DNA of 64,000 nucleotides from Defluviitaleaceae bacterium (GTDB taxonomy: Bacteria; Bacillota; Clostridia; Lachnospirales; WQUN01), in NCBI GenBank assembly GCA_009777845.1, contig WRLD01000001.1, forward strand, positions 120,177 to 184,176, in the 5' to 3' direction. A program made the position numbers and the translations under genes. Below the pieces are notes generated by a model, which was given only the letters and a program-made list of their open reading frames with translations, did no database searches and was not told the DNA's origin. Below are positions 58,014-64,000 of this stretch, one piece after another (position 1 is the first letter of the stretch; each line of letters begins with the position of its first letter).

Positions 58014-59867
58014 GAAATACCCCCACGCCACTATTGAAGCGGTTAAGAATACAATCATCAACACGGTCAAAGGCGTTCTGTCCCCAACCCCAGTAACAGG
58101 AAAGCAAGTATGAGGATAGCGTCCGCACCATTCACAAAAATACTTCGCCCATATCCATTGCTCGGCGGCGTTTCTGCTGTCATTAGTCCGCAGATAATCC
58201 CACAGCTCGGCAGACGTAAGCGTGTCGTCATTACCCACGGTACGCCAATCGCCGCCGTTTTCCTCGGAAACCTCGGGCAGGGAATTATCGTCACGACTTA
58301 TAAATTTTTCGCCAAAGGTAATGCTTTTTAAGTCGCTCGTACCTAAAAACATCATATCCATACTCATAACATTGCCTGTGTCGAAGCCCGATAAGTCAAG
58401 GGAGGTTAGCCCGCTCGCACCGTAAAACATACCCGACATATCCATAACATTGCCTGTGTCAAAGCCCGACAAGTCAAGGGCGGTTAGACCTCTCGTAGCA
58501 CTAAACATACCCCTCATCCTCGCAACATTGCTTGTGTCAAAGCCCGATACGTCAAGGGTGGTTAGACCGCTCGCACCGCTAAACATACCAAACATATCCG
58601 TAACCTTGCTTGTGTCAAAGCCCGACACATCAAGGGAGGTTAGACCGCTCGCACCGCCAAACATACCATACATACTCGTAACATTGCTTGTGTCAAAGCC
58701 CGACACATCAAGGGTGGTTAGACCGCTCGCACCGCTAAACATACCAAACATATCCGTAACCTTGCTTGTGTCAAAGCCCGACACATCAAGGGAGGTTAGA
58801 CCGCTCGCACCGCCAAACATGTTAACCATATCCATAACCTTGCTTGTGTCAAAGCCCGACACATCAAGGGAGGTTAGACCGCTCGCACCGTAAAACATGT
58901 GATCCATATCCGTAACATTGCTTGTGTTCCAACCAGATACGTCAAGAGCGGTTAAACCGCTCGCGCCTTCAAACATCCTCTCCATATTCGTAACCTTGCT
59001 TGTGTCAAAGCCTAACAAGTCAAGGGTGGTTAGACCGCTTGCACCGAAAAACATGTTACTCATATTCGTAACATTGCTTGTGTCGAAGTCTGACACATCA
59101 AGGGTGGTTAGACCGCTCGCACCGCGAAACATCCACGACATATTCGTAACCTTGCTAGTGTCAAAGCCCGACACATCAAGGGTGGTTAGCCCGCTCGCAC
59201 CGTAAAACATACCCGACATATCCATAACATTGCCTGTGTCAAAGCCCGATAAGTCAAGGGTTGTTAATTTATTAGAACTAAACATACGCTCCATATTCGT
59301 AACCTTGCTTGTGTCCCAACCCGATAAGTCAAGGGTGGTTACGCTCAATACATAGTTAAACATGCCTGCCATATTCGTAACATTGCTTGTGTCCCAACCC
59401 GATAAGTCAAGGGTGGTTACGCTCACTACATAGTTAAACATGCCTGCCATATTCGTAACATAGCTTGTGTCAAGAAAGCCCAAGCCCTCAATTTCTGTTA
59501 CATTAAACAAGTAAGAGAATAGGTACATTAGGCTTTCCCCCGCAGTAATCGGGGCAGTGAAGCTAATACGTGTAATGCTGTCTGCGTAATCGCCCCACGG
59601 ACTGTCCCAGTCGGTATTATTGATATACCCACCGCCGACCACTAGCTCCCCGCACTCGAATAACTGCCATTCCGCGCCTGTGCCTAGTGTCGAGTGGTCG
59701 AGGAATTTGTCGTTAGCCGTGACGGAGTGCGGAACGTCACAGGAGCAGGGCGTGCTTGCGTAGACCGCGGTGGTAAGTACCACCACGCAGAGTGCCATAA
59801 GTAATACTAAACCGAATACTTTAACTAATCCTAAGCGTTCTTGAGTTTTTCTAATTTCCATTTTCAT
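57981..59867 (-). CDS. BspA-type leucine-rich-repeat surface protein (DUF285-like repeats) with FPVTG sorting-signal-like C-terminus
   Basis: The start is at ATG 59867 or 59861 (AGAGGGG upstream). It has a signal peptide and about seventeen 26-aa units LDVSGFDTS(K/N)VT.M..MF.GASGLT.. The C-terminus is FPVTG, then a TM helix, then KRQ. Confidence 0.8.
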   Translation of the reverse strand: MKMEIRKTQERLGLVKVFGLVLLMALCVVVLTTAVYASTPCSCDVPHSVTANDKFLDHSTLGTGAEWQLFECGELVVGGGYINNTDWDSPWGDYADSITRISFTAPITAGESLMYLFSYLFNVTEIEGLGFLDTSYVTNMAGMFNYVVSVTTLDLSGWDTSNVTNMAGMFNYVLSVTTLDLSGWDTSKVTNMERMFSSNKLTTLDLSGFDTGNVMDMSGMFYGASGLTTLDVSGFDTSKVTNMSWMFRGASGLTTLDVSDFDTSNVTNMSNMFFGASGLTTLDLLGFDTSKVTNMERMFEGASGLTALDVSGWNTSNVTDMDHMFYGASGLTSLDVSGFDTSKVMDMVNMFGGASGLTSLDVSGFDTSKVTDMFGMFSGASGLTTLDVSGFDTSNVTSMYGMFGGASGLTSLDVSGFDTSKVTDMFGMFSGASGLTTLDVSGFDTSNVARMRGMFSATRGLTALDLSGFDTGNVMDMSGMFYGASGLTSLDLSGFDTGNVMSMDMMFLGTSDLKSITFGEKFISRDDNSLPEVSEENGGDWRTVGNDDTLTSAELWDYLRTNDSRNAAEQWIWAKYFCEWCGRYPHTCFPVTGVGDRTPLTVLMIVFLTASIVAWGYFIKRQLRAFAP

Positions 59868-59884
59868 AACCCCTCTTTTTTTGA

Positions 59885-59923
59885 CTCGCCTTCGGCGATT
59901 TTTCATGTGCGACTTTACACTAT
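59885..59923 (-). promoter_or_regulatory. Conserved hairpin leader motif, copy L3 (upstream of the BspA-like gene)
   Basis: Minus-strand sense reads ATAGTGTAAAGTCGCACATGAAAAATCGCCGAAGGCGAG, then TCAAAAAAAGAGGGGTT and the ATG. Confidence 0.5.
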
Positions 59924-60052
59924 CTATTTTATCGTAAAGCTCCACACAGATTTTACCCCCTCCCACAAAAAAATGCAAACACATAAGAGTTGCCTTTCCA
60001 AGCCCTCTTATTATACAATATCCTATAAAATCTCAAAGGAAGTGCAAACGCG

Positions 60053-61108
60053 GTGAAAAAAATTATTCTTACAGGCGGCGGAACGGCAGGGCATGTAATC
60101 CCGAACCTTGCCTTGCTTGCATCTTTACGCAAGGCAGGCTGGGAAGCGTATTATATCGGCAGTAGCGAGGGGCTGGAACGAGGGCTTGCCGAGGGCGCAG
60201 GGTTGCCATATTATGGAATTTCGTCGGGCAAGCTGCGGCGATACTTTGATATGAAAAACGTGACGGATATTTTCCGCGTGGCAAAGGGCTTTGGCGAAGC
60301 GCGAAAAATTATCAAGGAAATACAGCCCGATTTGGTTTTTTCCAAGGGCGGCTTTGTGGTTGTGCCTGTGCTTGCGGCGGCGCGGACATGCGGCGTGCGT
60401 TCGATTATCCACGAGTCGGACATCTCGCCTGGGCTTGCCAACCGCTTGGTTATGCCATTTGCCGACAAAATCTGCGTGTCGTTTCCCGAAACGCTGGAAT
60501 ATTTACAGCCAAAAATGCGGAAAAAAGCCGCGCTTACAGGCACGCCCATACGGCAAAGCATACTAAACGGCGACCGCCTAAGCGGCTTTAAGTACGTGAA
60601 TTTCGAGGTCGGCGGAAAGCCCATACTGCTAGTAACAGGCGGAAGCCAAGGCGCGGCGGCAATCAACGCCGCGGTACGCGGAGCGTTGCCCGAATTGTTG
60701 AAAAAATTCCGCGTAATCCATTTGTGCGGCAAGGGTCATCTTTCGGGCATAAACGACAAGGGCTACGCGGAATTTGAATATATTTCCAGTCAAATGCCCG
60801 ACATTTTTGCGATTGCGGACATTGTAATTTCACGCGCGGGCGCAAACACCATTTTCGAGCTGCTCGCGTTAAAAAAGCCGAGCCTGCTTATTCCCCTGCC
60901 GCTGGAAAAAAGCCGCGGCGACCAGATTTTGAACGCCGAATCCTTTAAAAAGCAGGGCTTCGCGGCGGTTTTGTATGAGAAAGAAATGGCAAACTTACTA
61001 AATGAAGTAAATTTATTGTACGATTCGCGTCAGCAATTTGTCGAAAAAATGAACGCGCATAAATTATCTGACGGAGTTTTGGAAATTATGAAAGTAATTC
61101 AAATGTAA
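60053..61108 (+). CDS. murG: MurG (UDP-GlcNAc:lipid I GlcNAc transferase)
   Basis: GTG start. KIILTGGGTAGHVIPNLAL...VTGGSQGAAAIN...ISRAGANTIFELLALKKPSLLIP..SRGDQILNA are the GT28 signatures. Confidence 0.9.
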   Translation: MKKIILTGGGTAGHVIPNLALLASLRKAGWEAYYIGSSEGLERGLAEGAGLPYYGISSGKLRRYFDMKNVTDIFRVAKGFGEARKIIKEIQPDLVFSKGGFVVVPVLAAARTCGVRSIIHESDISPGLANRLVMPFADKICVSFPETLEYLQPKMRKKAALTGTPIRQSILNGDRLSGFKYVNFEVGGKPILLVTGGSQGAAAINAAVRGALPELLKKFRVIHLCGKGHLSGINDKGYAEFEYISSQMPDIFAIADIVISRAGANTIFELLALKKPSLLIPLPLEKSRGDQILNAESFKKQGFAAVLYEKEMANLLNEVNLLYDSRQQFVEKMNAHKLSDGVLEIMKVIQM

Positions 61109-61185
61109 TATATTTTTTGTCGTAGGTTGGTATAATAGAGCTATCATGGAATCTTTAAAGATTATGGAATGCGAATTTTAAAGGC

Positions 61186-61356
61186 ATGGAACGCGGATTT
61201 TCGCGGATTTGGCGGATTCTCGCGGATTCTGTCTGGCGTAAATTCATAAAATCCACACAATTAAAAACCCACGCAATTCCGTGTTCCGTTAGTTCTTAAT
61301 GGAAGCACGAAAAAATCCGCGAAAATCCGTTAAATCCGCGTAAATCCGCGTTCCAT
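61186..61356. mobile_element. Family A element, copy A-9 (171 bp, shortest complete copy; inverted relative to A-4/A-7/A-8)
   Basis: ATGGAACGCGGATTTTCGCGGATTTGGCGGATTCTCGCGGATTC...CGAAAAAATCCGCGAAAATCCGTTAAATCCGCGTAAATCCGCGTTCCAT. A degenerate extra left end lies at 61164-61185. Confidence 0.75.
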
Positions 61357-61398
61357 GCCCTTTAATCCTTAAAAACCTGCCGAAAAGAGGGACTGTTC

Positions 61399-62364
61399 AT
61401 GCAATATCTTATTGCTTTTATCGCGGTGTTTGCATTTGTTGTGGTGCTAATGCCCAAGGCTGCAAGGCTCGCGTCCAAGGTCGATTTTACCGACAAGCCC
61501 ACGGAACGCAAAAAGCACGCTTCGCCCATTCCCCTATCGGGCGGAGTGGTTATGTTTCTTGCCATGGCGTTGGGCTTTCTTGTGTTTGTTTTGTTCGCCG
61601 AGGGGGCGGACTCCTCGCTGTGGGCGGTGCTTGCAGGCGCGGCGTTGATTGTTTTCGTTGGGCTTATTGACGATTACGCAAAGGCGCAGTTCAAGGAGTT
61701 TCCTGTTTCTCCGCGGCTTCTTGTGCAAATCGGCGCGGCTTCGCTTGCTTTTGCGGCAGGAATCCGCTTCACTGGCTTTACTAATCCGTTTTCCGACCAG
61801 TACATTTTGTTACCAATTGCTGTACAATTTGTGCTAACGGTGCTTTGGTTTGTCGGTCTAATCACCGCGTTTAATTTTATGGACGGGTTGGACGGGCTTT
61901 CGGGCCTGTTGGCGCTAGGCTCTGGCTCTACCTTTTTTGTGGTAGCTCTAGTCATGGGTCAGCCCGAATCGGCGTTCCTGTCGGCTATTTTTGTAGCGGC
62001 CGTGGCAGGCTTCCTGCGTTACAATTTGCCGCCTGCCAAGGTGTACATGGGCGATTCTGGCGCGTATTTGTTGGGCTATATGCTTGCCGCCATTTCCCTG
62101 CACGGCGTGTTCAAGCAAGCCACGATTATCTCGCTTGCCATTCCCATGCTCGCCATGGGCGTGCCTATTTTTGACAGCATTTTGGTGGTCGTACGCCGCC
62201 TCATGGCACACAAGCCCGCACATATAGCCGATTCCACGAATATAACGCATTTACATTTTAGGCTACTAAAAAACGGCATGAAGCCGTCACATGCCGTTAT
62301 GTTGATTTTTTTGCTGAGTGTGTGCTTGAATCTTACTTCTATTATTTTGATTTTTGCGTTTTAG
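61399..62364 (+). CDS. MraY/WecA-family (GT4) polyprenyl-phosphate GlcNAc-1-phosphate transferase, WecA/TagO-like
   Basis: 321 aa. DKPTERKKHASPIPLSGGVVMF, GLIDDY and NFMDGLDGLSG are present. The length and the H-x-x-P-x-P-x-x-GG block fit WecA/TagO better than MraY. Confidence 0.7.
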   Translation: MQYLIAFIAVFAFVVVLMPKAARLASKVDFTDKPTERKKHASPIPLSGGVVMFLAMALGFLVFVLFAEGADSSLWAVLAGAALIVFVGLIDDYAKAQFKEFPVSPRLLVQIGAASLAFAAGIRFTGFTNPFSDQYILLPIAVQFVLTVLWFVGLITAFNFMDGLDGLSGLLALGSGSTFFVVALVMGQPESAFLSAIFVAAVAGFLRYNLPPAKVYMGDSGAYLLGYMLAAISLHGVFKQATIISLAIPMLAMGVPIFDSILVVVRRLMAHKPAHIADSTNITHLHFRLLKNGMKPSHAVMLIFLLSVCLNLTSIILIFAF

Positions 62365-62377
62365 TGTGAATATTAAA

Positions 62378-63127
62378 ATGCTCGTCACCGACCTAGACGA
62401 TACCTTGCTGCGCCGTGACAAAACAATCAGCGGCTACACGCTGGCTGTTTTACGCCGTTGTCGGGAGGCGGGCATTAAAACGGTGATTGCCACAGGGCGA
62501 GGACACCCCGAAGTGGTTGCGCCGCTAGAGCTTTTTGACGGCGTGATTGCAAACAATGGCGCGAACATAACGGACGGCGATTTTAAGTCGCAGAGGTATA
62601 TACCATATGCGGAGGCTCGTCCGCTTTTGTTGGCTTGCCATAAACACGGCCTGCGGATTGCGTTAAATTTTAAGGGTACGCACTACACAAATTTTGATTG
62701 TTCGCAGGTGTGGCCGCATATCACGGACTTTGAGCTTGTTGACCTTGCTTCTCACGCCTTAGATTCCGAGAAAATTTGCTTTGAGGGGCTTACGCCAAGG
62801 GACGCGGAGTTTGTCGAACAGCACCTCGCGGACAACATGTATCTGAAAGTAGCGCGTGACGGCTTGGGTATGGTTATGCACAAAAAAGCGACAAAATCCG
62901 CCGCTATAGCGGAGCTAGCGGAACGGTGGGGCATAACAAGGGACGAAATCGTGGCGTTTGGCGATGATTTGAATGATATAGATATGTTGAGCTTTGTGGG
63001 GATAGGCGTAGCTGTGGAGAACGCGCTAGACGAGGTTAAGGCTGTTGCGGATTGTATTTGTGGGGATTGTGATGATGATGGTGTGGCTCGGTGGGTGGAA
63101 AATTTATATTTGTGGAGAGTGGAATAA
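62378..63127 (+). CDS. Cof-type HAD-IIB phosphatase
   Basis: The start is placed at the ATG at 62378 (MLVTDLDDTLL carries the DxD nucleophile motif). IATGR and FGDDLNDIDML are also present. Confidence 0.75.
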   Translation: MLVTDLDDTLLRRDKTISGYTLAVLRRCREAGIKTVIATGRGHPEVVAPLELFDGVIANNGANITDGDFKSQRYIPYAEARPLLLACHKHGLRIALNFKGTHYTNFDCSQVWPHITDFELVDLASHALDSEKICFEGLTPRDAEFVEQHLADNMYLKVARDGLGMVMHKKATKSAAIAELAERWGITRDEIVAFGDDLNDIDMLSFVGIGVAVENALDEVKAVADCICGDCDDDGVARWVENLYLWRVE

Positions 63128-63423
63128 TGCTTGCTTTAGACCATATAGCCGATATATTAAAACCAGTATTAGAAAAGCAAGGGATTTATAAGGCTACTGT
63201 TTTTGGTTCGTATGCTAGGGGCAACGCTACGCCCGCAAGCGATATTGATTTAGTAGTTGACAGCAAAGGCGGCTTGAAAGGCATTGCGTTTTTTATTGCC
63301 AGTGACGAAATATCCAAAGCCTTGCCGATAAAGTCAGATATTTATGAGCAACGTGAAATTAAAGAGGGTTCGGCATTGTATAACGAAATATTGAGGGAGG
63401 GCGTTACAATATATGACAAGTAA
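63127..63423 (+). CDS. Nucleotidyltransferase (MNT-type antitoxin-like)
   Basis: ATG at 63127 with a TAATG overlap to the upstream stop. TVFGSYARGNATPASDIDLVVDS is the minimal NTase GS-x10-DxD motif. Confidence 0.7.
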   Translation: MLALDHIADILKPVLEKQGIYKATVFGSYARGNATPASDIDLVVDSKGGLKGIAFFIASDEISKALPIKSDIYEQREIKEGSALYNEILREGVTIYDK

Positions 63424-63426
63424 GAT

Positions 63427-63648
63427 ATGGTACTGTACGCTATGGGGCAAATCGGGGAAAATGCGAACGCTGTTAGTGAAGCGTCACGTAATAAGTACCA
63501 TAGGGTTTTATGGAATCCTATAATAGGTATACGCAATCGGGTGTTTCATTCTTATGGGGCTGTAGACATGTCAATTGTCTATGAAACCGCAATAGATTAT
63601 ATGTCTGAGCTTATCAATGAGCTGTCGGAGATTATTGTTGAAAATTAA
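63427..63648 (+). CDS. HEPN/DUF86 (HepT-like) protein, unusually short (73 aa)
   Basis: GIRNRVFHSYGAVDMSIVYE contains the R-x4-H-x-Y HEPN motif. It starts 3 nt after the MNT stop and lacks the N-terminal ~40-60 aa typical of DUF86 proteins. Confidence 0.55.
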   Translation: MVLYAMGQIGENANAVSEASRNKYHRVLWNPIIGIRNRVFHSYGAVDMSIVYETAIDYMSELINELSEIIVEN

Positions 63649-64000
63649 CCAGCTTCCCAGTCCGAGCAGACTCATAAATCGCCTCAAGAATTTCCGTAAC
63701 AACACATGCTTCTTCCGGCAAAACAACTAGCGGAGTGCCTTTTTGGATTGCGTTGATGAAAGAAAGCTGTTCGAGTACGGCTGGCTCGGCTGTTTCGCCT
63801 GTAAAAAAGTCTACGCCCTCCTTGCCTAGTGCGGGCGATTTTTCGTATAATTTGCCGAAATCGTCGCCGTTTATGCGTACCTTGTCCCACATATCCGCGC
63901 CGCCCTTTGTGCCGCAAATTGTCGCCTTGGCTTCGCCGAAATTTAAGATATTTAACGCCCAGCTTGATTCTAATACAATGGTCGAGCCGTCCTGCATGGT
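63632..64000 (-). CDS. Gfo/Idh/MocA-family oxidoreductase, C-terminal part (gene runs off the right edge)
   Basis: ...STIVLESSWALN...FINAIQKGTPLVVLPEEACVVTEILEAIYESARTGKLV is typical of the C-terminal alpha/beta domain. The ORF is open to the window end. Confidence 0.6.
   Translation of the reverse strand, partial: TMQDGSTIVLESSWALNILNFGEAKATICGTKGGADMWDKVRINGDDFGKLYEKSPALGKEGVDFFTGETAEPAVLEQLSFINAIQKGTPLVVLPEEACVVTEILEAIYESARTGKLVNFQQ

Overview
This looks like a chromosomal segment of a Gram-positive, Clostridia-like bacterium. The lineage call rests on DivIVA, a SpoVD/PBP2B-type PBP with a PASTA domain, BlaI/BlaR1, sortase-type C-terminal signals and GH5/GH10 plant-polysaccharide hydrolases; it is inferred from gene content only. 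I support about 50 protein genes and 2 tRNAs. In order they include: glgA (partial), a PLP decarboxylase, tandem CaCA antiporters, a DivIVA-domain protein, a Xer-type recombinase, a translationally coupled RCC1x2/HD-GYP operon, a GH5 enzyme and a DUF3990/DUF3791x2 cassette. Next come a frameshifted ~1,630-aa alpha-2-macroglobulin-like gene, a PIN module, an orphan HipA-like kinase and a GGDEF-PBP1A-rsmH / ftsL-PBP2B-cinA block. The rest comprises a tRNA-bounded WYL-regulated operon rich in genotoxin-resistance homologues (ClbS, GyrI-like, MmcQ/YjbR, VOC), BlaI/BlaR1, a 2,292-aa lamin-tail-domain protein, a GH10 xylanase, CapA, a BspA-type LRR protein, murG, a WecA-like transferase and an MNT/short-HEPN pair. 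The most unusual content is non-coding. Almost every larger intergenic gap is filled with nested palindromic MITE-like repeats of at least four families. Family A has CGGATT boxes phased at ~10 bp and ATGGAACGCGGATTT... inverted ends. Family B is a ~154-bp hairpin with (CCTCTGTG)x3 arms. Family C is a ~113-bp element whose ends are GGGACGGATTTATCCGTCCC hairpins. Family D is a GGGGCRTTGCCCCTTTT... element that abuts stop codons. By eye these repeats total roughly 6-6.5 kb, about 10% of the window. One D copy sits in frame inside cinA, and other copies supply C-termini or stop codons. A ~40-nt hairpin leader recurs in front of five unrelated genes. I saw no transposase, CRISPR array, rRNA or prophage. 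All family and domain names come from motif recognition by eye, not from database searches.
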